A stretch of 64,000 nucleotides of DNA from Octopus sinensis (Eukaryota): NCBI RefSeq assembly GCF_006345805.1, contig NC_042997.1, positions 99,944,001 through 100,008,000 on the forward strand. The letters are read 5' to 3'. Position 1 is the first letter of the stretch, and every line of letters starts with the position of its first letter. The translations under genes were made by a program, and so were the position numbers. The notes beneath the pieces are model-generated. The model was not told the DNA's origin and searched no databases. It saw nothing but the letters and a program-made list of their open reading frames with translations. Positions 42,049-54,700 of the stretch are shown here, piece after piece.

Positions 42049-42412
42049 TCTCTATATATATAAACAGCAAAATGTCTGTGTGCATGTCCTTTATACAAAT
42101 CCACAATTTTTCAGTTAGAGGGCTCGCACTTTCTATGGTCATTCAAAACCGTCCAAGGGTGATCATGCACATCTTTACATTTCGCCAGTCACCCAACAAA
42201 GCCATTAAAAAATCAATAGAAGTGACTTTTTTGTGAATTTTCTATCCAAAACCCAATCAAAATGCTCGAAACTTGATACGCCAATTGAATGCCAGCTAGC
42301 TGTATGTGATTGGTTGGAGATTTGGACAGTAATCACGTGTATGTGCACATGCACGCAGCTGTATATGCATGCACTAATACTATGACCTGGCATTGTCAGA
42401 TCATAGTGCTAG
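42049..42412 (+). mobile_element. Complete 364-bp non-autonomous Helitron
   Basis: A|TCTCTATATATATAAACAGCAAAATGTCTGTG start, subterminal hairpin CTATGACCTGG/TCAGATCATAG (42380-42406), and CTAG|T end. Confidence 0.8.
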
Positions 42413-44993
42413 TTTCGATATGTTTTGGGTTGGTACAATACTCATTTTCAAGTATATAACAGAAATCTAGGAAGACTTAAAGTTTTTGAAGACCTAGAAT
42501 AAATATATGTACCAAACTGAGTTGTTAGGTCTTTTGATTTGAAAATAGAGAATGGAGACATTAAATCCTAAAGGATAAATCACCAAGACAAGTACAAATT
42601 TCAAAGTGAAATCACTGTGTAACAAAATTTTTTTTCTTTTTTTTAGTCTTTGGTTAGTAAGTATTATTTCTTATTTGCTTCTATCCCTTCAAACTTTGTT
42701 TTTGTCACCTGGGCATCAATGTTTTTGAAACTGACCTATTTTTCATTACACTTCAGATTCAGTGCTGAGTTGTTGAAGCAGAAATATTGTTATAGCAAAT
42801 ATTCTGCTCAATACCACAGATTTGCTTGTCAGTTGCTTGACCATAACAACTTGAGTATGTCCCTTAGTGGTTAACAATATATGCATCTCTGAGGAGCAAT
42901 TGGGGAGCATCATAGCCATGTGTTGAGAAGGATTCTTTGGGATTTGAATAAATGTAACAAAAGCAAAGTCTGAAGGACATATTTAGACAATTTTCATACT
43001 TTCTAGGGCTAAGCAAATAGGAAATAACAGTTGCCACCCAAAGACAAAAATCATGCCACAGTGTTATCAAAGTAATGTAATTTTTGTTGCTGAAGATGCC
43101 AAGATTAGCACAACAGTTGAGCCATTTTTATGTACATAGTTGAGACTGGTTTTAGATATGCAAATATAGTTTTAACAAAGTAGAGAAACAGATCCTGGCA
43201 AATGTGTGTCCAACACATTCTTCTAATTAAAAATGTCAACTAATTCAATAACAACATGTTTATCTAAATGTATTTAATATTACCTATATCATCAGGCTAT
43301 GAAATGACAGAATCATTAGCATGCCAGACAAAATGCTTGGTGGCATTTCTCCCGTTTTTATGTTGAGTTTGAATTCTGCCAAGGCTGACTTTTCCTTTCA
43401 TCCCTTTGTGGGTCAATGAAATAAGTACCAGTTCAGCAATGGGGTCGATGTAATTGACTTCTACCCTCCCCCAAAATCGCTGGCCTTGTGCCAAAATTTG
43501 AACTCATTATTACCTATACTATTTAGGAAGGTTTTTCTCTCAATATAATAAATATTTTTATCACAATCATTAATGTAAATATTCAGATGGCAAGCTGGCA
43601 GAATCTTTATCATACTGCACAAAATGTTTTGTGGCATTTCTTCCAGTCTTACATTCCAAGTTCAAATTCCATCAAGGCCAACTTTGCCTGTCCTCATTTC
43701 AAGGTCAATAGAATAGGTACCTGTTGAGCACAGGGGTTTGATGTAATTGAAAAGCCTCTTCCCTCAAAATTTCAGGCCTTGTGCCTATATTAGACAGGAT
43801 TATTAATTCTTTTATTTGTTTCAGTCATTTGACTGCGCTAATGTTGGAGCACCGCCTTTGGGGGGGGGAGGCTTTGATAAAATATTTATTTGTCGATAAA
43901 TCTGTTTTCAACAAAAACAAAAGCATATCGATATTTCATAGTCCTCATCCAACAGAAGAAATAAAAGAAAGAAAACCCTTTTTTTCTTTAATATGAAGAT
44001 TTCAAAGTTCTTGAAAAGGGTATGAGATTGTGTGGTATTTCATCTTTCACACCAGCAAGTCCGATGTTTAATTACGGTTGAAACAGGTATCCATGGGGTC
44101 AGTTTCATGAAAGATAAGAGAATATTGTATTGTTAAATTGGATACATTTGATGTTGTTTAGCTCGATGCTGGCCCTGTCTTTACAAACATTTGTCTCAAA
44201 CTATATTACCTTAAGCCCTTTTTCTTAACACGGCAGAGTGTTATTTGAGTGATTTGGTTACTATTTCTAGCTGATAGAACGACCACGTGTAGAAGCTCTA
44301 TGTTCTCTATACATTACTTGTGTCATCGACCTCGATAATTGAAAAAATTTAAGGAAGGGAGATAATTCTAAACAAATTGCTGGCGAAATTTGAAAAACAT
44401 GCCCTGCGCTATTGATAAATAAATTAAAATTTAAGAAATGAACAGAAGTATAACTCTGTGTAAAACACATATACAAAGATCGGCATCTACAATTTTAAAT
44501 CAATATAAAGGAAGGGTACAGATGGGAACAACACACATAGAAATGAGCACATTAGTAACTGAAATTTAGAGGTGAAAAGGTTCATATTCTTAGAAACAAG
44601 GAGACAAACTAAAGAATTGGTAACCATGAACAAAAAACTTGCAGAGTTCACTGATAGTAGATCGCGAAAATTATTGAAAGCATAACGCTACGTATAACGC
44701 ATTAACTTGTATCTTAAAAATTACCTATAATACAAAATCTTCTCAACAAAACACTGATGGTAGCTTGTAACTAAAATACTTTTTCTTTCATAAACAGTGA
44801 TTTCGCTTACGACGAAGTACTGCCCTTCTCACAGAAACATGGGGATTCTGAATTTAAAACTGACTTGTGGATAAGTGGACACTAAAGTCTAGTATATTCC
44901 TAAAGAGCAGCTTTCCCCCAACCTTTTTACCACAGTAGACCGGTCTCATGCGAGACAATTTTTCCACAGGCGTATTACAAACCACAAAGTTCG

Positions 44994-46053
44994 GGGCTAA
45001 TGCCGTTTCGCACCTCTCCTTGAGAAATGCATTTTTTTGAAAAAAGTTTTTCGGATTCCCACGTGTTAGATGTCGGAGAATACGAATATGCAAAGAAAAT
45101 TTTTTTTTATTTCACCCCACATCCCTCATTTAAAATTTAGAACATTTTCGAAATTTTTTCCCCAATGTTTTAGATGACGGAGATTCCGAATATGCAAGAA
45201 ACCACGTTTTCAAAATTTTAAATTCAATAAGCATATAGATATATATATAAAGATATAGATATGAATGTCTTCCTAAAAACAACAGTAACACCATCTTCCA
45301 TAGGACCGCCACATTTGGTTGACAAATATATTTTATAAATAAACGGACAGGGATAAACAGACAGATACATAAATAAATGGATGAAAAAGTTCAAAATTTA
45401 AAATTGGAGGAGGGGTGAAATTTGAGCCCCTTTTTTAACTTTATAACATTTATTTCTTTACTACCCACAAGGGGCTAAACATAGAGGGGACAAACAAGAA
45501 CAGTCAACGGAATTAAGTCGATTACATCGACCCCAGTGCGTAACTGGTACTTAATTTATCGACCCCGAAAGGATGAAAGGCAAAGTCGACCTCGGCGGAA
45601 TTTGAACCCAGAACACGTGACAGCAGACAAAATACGGCTACGCATTTCGCCCGACGTGCTAACGATTCTGCCAGCTCGCCGCCTTTATACATTAATTATT
45701 AAACATTGCTTGTTTCTCATAAAATAGTGTATATTATTTAATTTACATTAAATTATTATTTACGATTATTTAAGGCAAACACAAGTAAAACGCAAATTCT
45801 TTTCACTTTAATGTTTTTGTGTGTATTTAATTTTGATTTGCATATGCTCGTCAATTCGCTACGATCTCTTTAAAATAAACAAAATCAAAAATTCTAATGG
45901 GGGAGGCGGGGGTGAAATTTAAAAAAATTTTTTTTTTTTTTTTGCATAATCGTAATCTCCGACACCTAAAACGTAGGAATCCGAAAAAAGATCGCCAAAA
46001 CTTTTTTTTTTTTAATGCATTTTTCAAGGAGAGGTGCGAAACTGCATTAGCCC
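44994..46053. mobile_element. DNA element with ~130-150-bp imperfect TIRs (GGGCTAATGC..), superfamily unassigned, containing a nested SINE
   Basis: 44994-45125 is the reverse complement of ~45898-46053; no clear TSD. Confidence 0.7.
45450..45685 (-). mobile_element. Family A SINE with CpGs retained
   Basis: Near-consensus core CGACCCCGAAAGGATGAAAGGCAAAGTCGACCTCGGCGG. Confidence 0.85.
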
Positions 46054-46439
46054 ATTTCTTATATAATACATATATAATGCAAAACATTCGGCAGACTGCG
46101 ATAGTCACGAAAACAGAAATAAAATTTTAAAATTTATTCTTTCTATGCGTCCCGGTGAGTGGATGCACCAGCTCTACTACAACATTCAACATGTGAAAGG
46201 AAATACGTTATTTTACACCTGATCATACAACCGTATTCATGTGTGCATCTATATCTACGCACAGACAGATAAATAGATTACAAAAATTACTCTGTAAGAA
46301 TATATTACAGTAAATATTTTCGATGATCTGTGATATGTAAAAAAAAATCTTTGATCGTAAATAACAACATCAACTAGGTTACGTAAGTTTCTCCCTCTCT
46401 TGCATGCATGTATGCACGTATTTACGTCACCTGTCAGCT

Positions 46440-46810
46440 GTATAGACCAGAGTATCAGGTGTTTTTATACACCTCTGATCACAATGCACTTTCAATTCTT
46501 TTTCCTTTTCTTTTAATTGCGCTCTTTTTTTCTATCTTGGCTCAAGATCGTCGAACTAAATCGTCTTCCCATCATCGTAGAAGCCTTCCGAGTAGCTTTT
46601 TCCGATCTCTTGGATACCACTCGGCAACTGCATAGGTTGTCTGTGAACCTTGTGACATGTCCTGCCCAAAGGAGCTTGTGCTTTCGGTATTCTGCAATCA
46701 TATCGTTCACTCCGCTCTATTCTCGAATTACTTACTTTCGGATATGCTCTTGCAATAATATCCCTAACATAGATCTTTCCATGGCCCCTTGCGTCGTAGT
46801 CAATCATGTT
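46440..46810 (-). mobile_element. RTE-1-like LINE 3' fragment (second RTE lineage)
   Basis: AMERSMLGISLQEHIRK*VIRE*SGVNDMIAEYRKHKLLWAGHVTRFTDN. Confidence 0.8.
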
Positions 46811-47268
46811 CTTCCCCCTTTGTAGTAGCCTACGTCTCGTATATGTATAAATATGCATAGGGTTTGTAAACATGTGGTTGTTGAGTTGGTGTGTTCATAT
46901 ATGTAGCTTCGTGTGTCTGCATTTATGTTCTGTGTGACCATGTCGTTTTAGTGTTTAAGAGTGTGCACGTGTGTGTGTAGTTATTTTTTATATATGCACC
47001 TATGTATAAACAAATTTATGCCACTAAATGCCCTTGTGAAGGACATGAAAGTCACATTTAATTTTTTTTTTTCTCTCTCTGTTTTATTAAATTTCCCCTA
47101 AAATAGGGAGCCATCGCGTCTACCGAAAAAGAAGCCTTTATTTTTTCGCTTTATAATTGTTTACAAACGTAAGTAGATCGACAGAACTTACCGATGTGGC
47201 ATCATGTACACTAAGAAAGCTAATCGTTGTATTGACCATCTGAATCGTCGTAAGTTAGGTAACCTCAC

Positions 47269-47307
47269 CAGATTCCGAGAGACGAAAATCCTGCACATGG
47301 AAGACAT
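47269..47307 (-). CDS. Candidate first coding exon MSSMCRIFVSRNL of an unidentified host gene
   Basis: ATG at 47307, 39 nt, then donor CTG|GTGAGG, within the CpG-retaining zone; no downstream exon could be linked with confidence. Confidence 0.3.
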
Positions 47308-47309
47308 TA

Positions 47310-47400
47310 TTGTGTTGTTGCTAAAACGGTTGTTGTAACAACATGAGTTTCATTTCCGGTCTTACATCGGTTAGTTTTGTCTAACTGATTACCATGGTAA
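47310..47400. promoter_or_regulatory. Candidate promoter motifs (X-box-like and ETS-like)
   Basis: GTTGCTAAAAC 47317-47327, ATTTCCGG 47352-47359 and palindrome TTACCATGGTAA 47389-47400, in non-repetitive, CpG-retaining sequence. Confidence 0.3.
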
Positions 47401-49407
47401 TGCAATCATTAGAAATATAAACAAGACCAGCTGACAAATTCAATTTAACTTTTCGACTGATCGTGATTGCAGATCGTGCGAGCTAATGAAGAAGGGCTTC
47501 TATGATGTATTTGCTAGAATTGGCAGCCAAATCTCTCTCAAACCACACTACAGCAGGCATGGGCTATCTTTTTCTTCAAACGGGCCGTATGAGACATAGG
47601 TATCATCAGGCGGGCAGCGCTACTAAAAATATTCAAGGTAATTTTTCGTTAGATGTGTCATTCAGAAAGCCCCGCGAGCCACTGCTTGCCTTTTACTGCT
47701 CTACAGTCTATAAAGAGTGGGGAACTATATGGCAATGGATATTTTAGTCTTAGATACAGTGTCTGAGAAAAAAGGGGAAAGGTTACAGACGAACACCAAC
47801 CATGGGCCTCAAGGATTAAAGCTAACCTGGTGTCAAATAACAACAATAGACTAAATACATTGACTATATTCAGTTTTGTCTCAAGCAGATAAGTGTTCAC
47901 ATCTCAACAGAGTCAAAACTGTTTTTATTTATGCAGGATTCAATATAATTAAGACAATAACGTGCAGTATTTAATCAACTATATATCCATATCCTACAAA
48001 AGTTAATTTTGTGTCAAGCTGTAAGTTTTGTTTTGACTCATGGTTCTGAGTTCAAATATGGCATCACATTTCATCCTGACTGGTTGGCTGGCTTCATGCT
48101 CTTGTTTGATGTGGGGCAGGGGTCATCCCAGATTAGTGGTCCCAGAGGCATCATTATGCGTAGAGCTGACCAGATCCACCAGTGCTCTCCATCGCTGTTG
48201 GTCCTATGCCAGACCCCCTGCATCCACCAAGGTGACATCAAGCCTCTGGAGGTCTTCCCCAATTATATCTAGCCATCTGGTGCGAAGCCTGTCACAAGGC
48301 TCCTTCAGGCCCACAACTTCTGCATCAAATGAGAGTAAAGTATTGGTAGGATGATCTAGCAGGAGACAGAGGACATGTTCCCACGACATTTCATCCCAAC
48401 AGACAAAAAAAATCAAATAATTATCTGGCAGAAATACATAGTGGTATTTCTTTACATACTGAGTTCAAATTCAATTACGGTTAACTTTTCCTTTCATCCT
48501 TTCAGGGTTGATGAAATAAGATATCTATCAAGTACTGAGGTTCAGTGTGATCGTTTTGCTCCTTCCCCTCCAAATTGGTGGCCTTGTGCCCAAATCAGAA
48601 AGAATTCTTTACCTAAGTAGGCAAGGTTGCTTCCTAACAATCATGTGGTCTACGGTTCATTCCCACTGCTTGGCACCTTGGGTAAGTGTCTTCTACTATA
48701 GCACCAGGCCAACCAAAGTAGATTTGATAGACAGAACTTGAGAAAAAGCCCATTATATATATATATGTACATATGTATGTGTGTGTTATGTTTGCCCCAC
48801 CACCACCACAGCCTGAAAATTGGTGTTGGTTTGTGTATATCCCTATGACTTAGAAGATCAACAAAAGAGACAGATAGAATAAGTACCAAGCTTTTTAAAA
48901 ACATAAGTGCTGAGGTCAATTTTTTCAGTGAAACCCTTCAAGGTAGTGCCCCAGTATGGTAGCAGTCCAATAACTGAAACAATCAAAAATAAAAAAATAA
49001 AAATAATACAGTCAATAGTTTTTCATCTTTCAGCAATTAACTTAATGATGGAGAAAAAATTTTTTATTTGCATTAAATGGTTTTGAAAAATATAATGCTG
49101 TACTCTTCCTCCTCGGCAGCTTGATCTAAAACAGTGGGAGGCTCCTAGTCTGGTGTTGATATAGTCTCTCAACAGGCTGCTATTGAGTGTCCCTTCCTTG
49201 GGTAATATTTTCATTGTCAGAAGGTAAAGGTGAACTGGTTTCCTCAGTGGGCAGGACCAGCTGAAGGTACCAGCATCTAAGTCCCCTGGAGTGTCACATG
49301 CCTGGTGGGTACAACAGCTTGTATTTGGGATCAAAATAACAAGGGGGACATGACTATACATGCATACATACATACATACATACATACACACGTACATACA
49401 TACATAC

Positions 49408-49455
49408 CTGCTGCTGATGAGGCACGAAACATGCCAAAATCATGTGATACAGCAG
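49408..49455 (+). ncRNA. Compact type I hammerhead ribozyme motif with one core substitution (G12 to A)
   Basis: CTGCTG-CTGATGA-GGCA-cgaaaca-TGCC-AAAA-TCA-tg-TGA-TA-CAGCAG; stems I (6 bp), II (4 bp) and III all pair; follows a (TACA)n tract. Confidence 0.7.
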
Positions 49456-49899
49456 TTCTGCTACCTGTGCTGGATAGTTCTCATCAGCTACCAATATCTC
49501 TGCTTTTATGCACTAAACATCTGTATTGTCTGTATGAGAGGCTTTCCCCAGATGGATACCACAGTATTACAGTGCCATTATAATACATCCCCATTGCTGA
49601 AAATGTATGAAAATAGCAACAATACCTGTGAAAATTGGAACACTTACCCCAAAACATAGAAAAAACACAATGACTGGCCTAAATTATAACCATGACACGC
49701 TGAAAAGTAAGTAGTGACCTAATAATAGCTAGACTAAAATACTTAGCTATTTGGATAATAAATGTACCAAAACTATCAACTGAAAATACAGTGGATAACA
49801 TAAGAAATACATATTTCTTTCAAATGAACAGTAACTATATTATTGGCAATGTAAACACATGTGCATATACATATAAATATTATATACTTCCAGTCCTTC

Positions 49900-50200
49900 C
49901 ATGCCTGTTTCTTTACCCTAATGGCCCTGTCAACTACTTGTTCCACCACATTACCTTAGGTCAAGAGGGGACTTTGCACCATCCACAGATCTGATTAGTA
50001 GCCTTCAACAGGTTGTCCCATAGGAACCTCCAGTTGTCCTCCACATTATGGGATGCTATATTCTCCTCTTTTTCATCAAAAGCTTCAAGTAATATGTCTC
50101 TAAATCTCTGTCCATTCACAGGATCTTTCTGTTCATCAGGTAGCCCTGGCTGAGGAGCATAAGCCAAGATAATGGTTGCTAAACCATGTTGCAGCACTAG
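49900..50200 (-). mobile_element. RTE endonuclease-region fragment
   Basis: IATIILAYAPQPGLPDEQKD; homologous to 11300-11970. Confidence 0.75.
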
Positions 50201-50539
50201 TCTAAGCTTAAGTATTCTATCACAGATTCTGACTACCTCGATTATCTTATCAATCTATTTCTCTGCAAGAAATATATCCACACCCCTAACCCCATCAGTG
50301 TTCCCTGACCAGAAAATCTTATACCTATGTTCATTACCTGTGAGAAACTTAGCAGAACCTCCTATCCACCTTACTTCTTGGATGCAACACAGATCTATAT
50401 GTTTCCATGCTGCATCCAAGAAGTAAGGTGGAGAGGAGTTTCTGCTAGGTTACTCACAGGGAAAAGAAACAGGAATGGAAGGATTGGGAGTGCGATTGTA
50501 GCAGGGAACTGTATCAGATCACCAGAAGGAAAGCCAGGA

Positions 50540-51700
50540 GGTAGGTTTACTTAGTCAGAGGGGAAGTAGATAAGAAAATACTTGCTAACACTCTGCATTG
50601 TAAGGACCAAAGACTTGAAGTGTTGCATATTGCAAGACAGTGTGTGAGAGAGAATCATGATGTCATGAAATGTTGCTAAATGCAGAGAATGAATGAGAGA
50701 AAGAGAGCCTGCCAAATATTGACCCAACAAAGGGACCAGCTATCTAAACTGACAGTACTTTGGTAGATAAAGCAATTAAGGGTATAAAGACAAGGAAAGC
50801 CCCTGGCCCATCAGGAATCACTGTAGAAATGCTTAAAATATCTGGCAGTATAGACTATAGACTAGTCACCTGTATGGTCAACCAGGTTATACATGAAGAA
50901 GTTATACCCAGTGACTGGTGTAGCAACACCATAGTCAACTGTTACAAAGGAAAAGGTGATGCATAAGATAGGAATAATTACAGAGGTAGCAAATGGTTGG
51001 ATCAGATGGTGAAAGTCACAGAGAGGGTGAGGGTTATAACCCAACTAATCAGGGAGAGAGTTAATTTAGATGAGATGCAGTTTGGGTTTGTGCCAAGGAG
51101 AAGCACCACTAATGCTATATTCTGGTAAGACAGCTGCAGAAGAAATTCCTACCCAAAGATAAACCTCTGTACCTGGCTTTCGTTGACTTGGAGAAAGCCT
51201 TTGATAGGGTCCCCCGATCTCTTCTCTGGTAGTCAATGTGGAAATAGCTCCTACCTCTACTGGTAACAAAGGGCTTCTCGCTCAGGATGAAAGGTAGACT
51301 ATGACGCATGTGTATGAACAGCCATGCTACATAGCAGTGAAACATGGGCTGCAACTGCTGAGAACATGCATAGGCTTGAAAGAAATGAAGCTAGTATGCT
51401 CCACTAGATGTGTAATGTCAGTGTGCATACACAACAGAGAGTAAGCACCCTGAGAGAAAGTTGGACATAAGAAGCATCAGGTGTGGTGTGCAAGAGAAAT
51501 GACTATGCTGGTATGGTCATGTGTTGCACAAGGATAAGGACAGCTGTGTAAAGAAGTGCTGATCTCTGAACCTGTGAAAGAGGTAGACCCAAGAAGACCT
51601 GGAATGAGATGGTGAAGCACGACCTTCAAACATTGGGCCTCACTGAGGCAATGACAAGTGACCAAGACCTTTGGAGATATGCTGTACATGAAACCACCCG
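50540..51700 (+). mobile_element. RTE LINE RT and 3' portion with internal deletions
   Basis: KAPGPSGITVEMLK, CYKGKGDA, LAFVDLEKAFDRVP; 3' end GACCTTTGGAGATATGCTGTAC. Confidence 0.85.
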
Positions 51701-52560
51701 GCAAGATATAACCTATGAATCCTCTTGCTGATGCCTTTTACTAGGTTCTTGAATACTATGGGTGGGTGACTGGAGGCTGTGTTTATGTACGACAGCCTCC
51801 CATTTGGTTTGCAGTAGCACCTGTAAGTACCGGAGCCCAGGTCAAGTGTGATGTCTAAGAAGTCTGCTGATGTAATGTTGGTCTCTATGGTGAACTTCAA
51901 GCCCATGGAGGCAAGTATGCTGGTTAAGTCTTTCCTAAGTCTGTCTAGTGTATGGCCACTTGTTCTCCTTGAGATGGCCAGGGCATCATCTCTGTAGAGG
52001 CCAAAGAGGATGGAGGGGAACTTTTTTCTAAGGGTATCTAGGATACATAACCCGATAAGGTTGCAAATATCAGTCCTGTCGTAGGATCCCATAGAGTTGG
52101 ATTGCTTGATCCATGCCAAGCCTTTGTTGAACAGTACTGCCTTCCTGACATGCATGATTATCTCTACATATCTGTCTCTAATGTTAGTGAAGCCCCTAGT
52201 GAAAGAAAGCGCCTTGATCAGTAGCCCTTTTGTTACAGACGGGTAAAAATTGACTATATGAAATTGGGTGAACCTTGCCCTGCTTCTACTTTTGTTGGCG
52301 TCGAACCAAGTTGTCACCTCATTGGTGCTGCACCACAAAGAAAGGTTGGTGTAAATGATTTCTTTAAAAATGTGTTTGCTCGCCAAACCGATCTTGGATT
52401 TGACCGTTTAGGGTCAGAGACAAAGTTCAGTTAATGATTTTTTATTGTGATGAACATGTTTCTTTTAGCCAGGATCTCTACCCTATCATCTATCTCTAGT
52501 TCGTTAGCTAATTTTTTGGCTTCACTGTTGGTGTCATTATACACGTGACATCGCTGGCCA
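51700..52560 (-). mobile_element. Penelope-like element RT fragment (YRDD type), older and from a different subfamily than the palindrome
   Basis: WCSTNEVTTWF, FHIVNFYPSV, EIIMHVRKAVLF, MGSYDRTDICNLIG, GLYRDDAL, DFLDITLDL, YINTASSHPP. Confidence 0.85.
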
Positions 52561-53066
52561 GCCGTATCTGTCAATTACAAGACAAAGAGATTCCATACTT
52601 GATTGCATAGAAAATACTCGAGAACCCAGGCCCCTACATCAACAGGACAAAATGGTGCAAGTTATTGCCAAATGCATGAGGATCCTTAAAGACTCGTTCA
52701 TGCCAGGAGGCATCCTGAACTCCAGGACAGATTTTCGGACCATGTTTGCATTTTAGACAATTCCTGCTAGATTTTTGGAATCCGCATGGTGGCACCATAG
52801 CCCAAAAGCAATAGCCAAGGCTAAAGGGGGACAATCATCTACGTTCGTGGTGCTCTGAGGACTGCAAGATGGCAACGTGGCCGAAGATCGATGGACAATG
52901 GCAAAGGGAGATAATCACCTAGGGTTTTACCCTTGAAAGCAAAGCATTTCCCCTTCCATATTTTAAAGAGGTCTCAGGCCAGCAGTGTTTGGGGTTTGAA
53001 GATATACCGTAAGGCTAAACCCCTTATGAGTGAGAAACACAGGATAACCCCATAACCAGCCTACCC

Positions 53067-53142
<76 letters not shown>

Positions 53143-53143
<1 letters not shown>

Positions 53144-53702
53144 CGGGAAGCTTTATGAAAATAGACAAAAGACGAAGGCAGGTGGAATACAAACAAACAA
53201 TTGTATTAGTATGGCGCTCAGGAAATATAAATAAAACAAGTCTTCAACAGAAAGATACACAGAGAAAAAACACAGAAAGAAGGAGAGAAAAAAAATAAAG
53301 CATGAAATGAATGTAAAAAAAAGGGGTAATATATGAGAAAATAAAAATAAAACGAACGGGACAGTTTATGCGAACAAGTTCAAGGTTGAGAGTTCAAGGT
53401 TAAAAATGTATAGACGTCGTGGTATATTTTTTAAGGATTTCACAACACATATGAAAGGGAATCCACTAAACTGGACGCCCTTACGCTAAAGAGATCCGCA
53501 TGAGTCTCAACCACTAAAAATTTTTCTGAAGAAAAACTTAGCACAACATGAACGTAAGTGAGCAGGACAAATGAAAAATAACAAAAATATAGATTAACCC
53601 CATACAATTGTTTCACTGTTAATAAATTATGCAACTTTACTTACACAATTAATTTGCAGATCCTCTTACTAAATTAATATACAATTTTTTCACCCTCATT
53701 TT

Positions 53703-53735
<33 letters not shown>

Positions 53736-53940
53736 ACGGGAAGCTTTATGAAAATAGACAAAAGACGAAGGCAGGTGGGAAACAAACAAACAATTGTATT
53801 AGTATGGCGCTCAGGAAATATAAATAAAACAAGTCTTTAACATTTCGAGCCTACGCTCTTCAACAGAAAGATACACAGAGAGAAAAAAAACACAGAAAGA
53901 AGGAGAGAAAAAAAATGCGTGCAGTAACTAACGAATCATA
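53143..53940 (-). mobile_element. 5'-truncated PLE-like insertion with pLTR-like direct repeats (53143-53300 and 53735-53915) bounded by (TA)n
   Basis: Two ~160-180-bp direct repeats. The internal segment gives a weakly GIY-YIG-C-terminal-like peptide IPFICVV..RRLYIFNLELSTLN. A hammerhead-like motif at 53834-53871 is deleted (23 nt) in the other repeat. Confidence 0.55.
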
Positions 53941-54026
53941 TATATATATATGTATATATATATATATTATTAGTGAATTGAAGAAATGGAGTTGAACGAA
54001 GATTGAACAGAATTCCTTTTATTGCA

Positions 54027-54106
54027 TTCTACACATGTTTCAAAAGCCACAATTTTCCAAATTCTGGTTAAATAAGGATACCATATTGTGGCTTTCTCTT
54101 CAGGAA
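54027..54106 (-). ncRNA. Type I hammerhead ribozyme motif, complete (left arm 3' UTR/pLTR)
   Basis: UUC-CUGAAGA-GAAAGCCACAAU-[31 nt]-AUUGUGGCUUUU-GAAA-CAUGUG-UA-GAA; 12-bp stem II, palindromic stem III ACAUGU, 3-bp stem I, GUA cleavage triplet ending at 54030. Confidence 0.8.
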
Positions 54107-54700
54107 AAAAATAGGAATTCCGTTGGCAGAACAAAACAGAACAGAGGCGCAGCAAAGCAATTTGAATGAAGAGGCTCTTTAAGAGCCCATGGCTGAACTG
54201 ATTATCAATGTACGTTGAAATCGGGTGGTGGGTGCGTTGAAGATATTTATAGGTCAGGCGGCGGTCAAATCCAGTAGGTGAGAGCAAGGGGTGTGGAGAT
54301 GTTCTGTGTGACCAAAACTAAAATTCTGAATATTTTAAGAATACTGGGTGTATTTTTTGGGGGCGAGACAAAAACTACCTAGAAGCATGTATGTGTGTAC
54401 TGGCCTATGTGTGCGCGGCCGTATGTTGGTAAAAGGCGCTACATAATGGTCACTGCTGAAAAATTCGTCAGGCGGCAGAAAATATTTTTTGTGTTCGTGT
54501 GTTCGTCTAGGCCTGCTTGTCAAAAAATTAACGTCGTCAAAGAATCCTAAGGGTATATAAAATTCCTGCGTTTGCTTCCAAAACAAACCACCATTCGCCT
54601 AATGGGAGTAATTTCCCCTTGCAAGGGTTATTCATATATTTCTTAAAAAGCTTTTTCAAAAATTATTTCCAAGGATTATTGGTGCTAATTATCTTAGGTA

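Noticed and set aside
42700-43140. Possible pogo/Tigger transposase relic on the minus strand
   Set aside because: The similarity is too faint to support by eye.
47269-47307. Resemblance of MSSMCRIFVSRNL to the GRHPR N-terminus
   Set aside because: The similarity is too short and no downstream D-2-hydroxyacid dehydrogenase exons were found.
24890-49699. Hydrophobic minus-strand exon candidates (49648-49699, 44725-44770, 37640-37715, 31937-32008, ~27840-28037, ~24890-24970)
   Set aside because: They have plausible splice sites, but T-rich intronic DNA readily yields hydrophobic open frames and I could not chain them into a recognisable protein; RNA-seq is needed.
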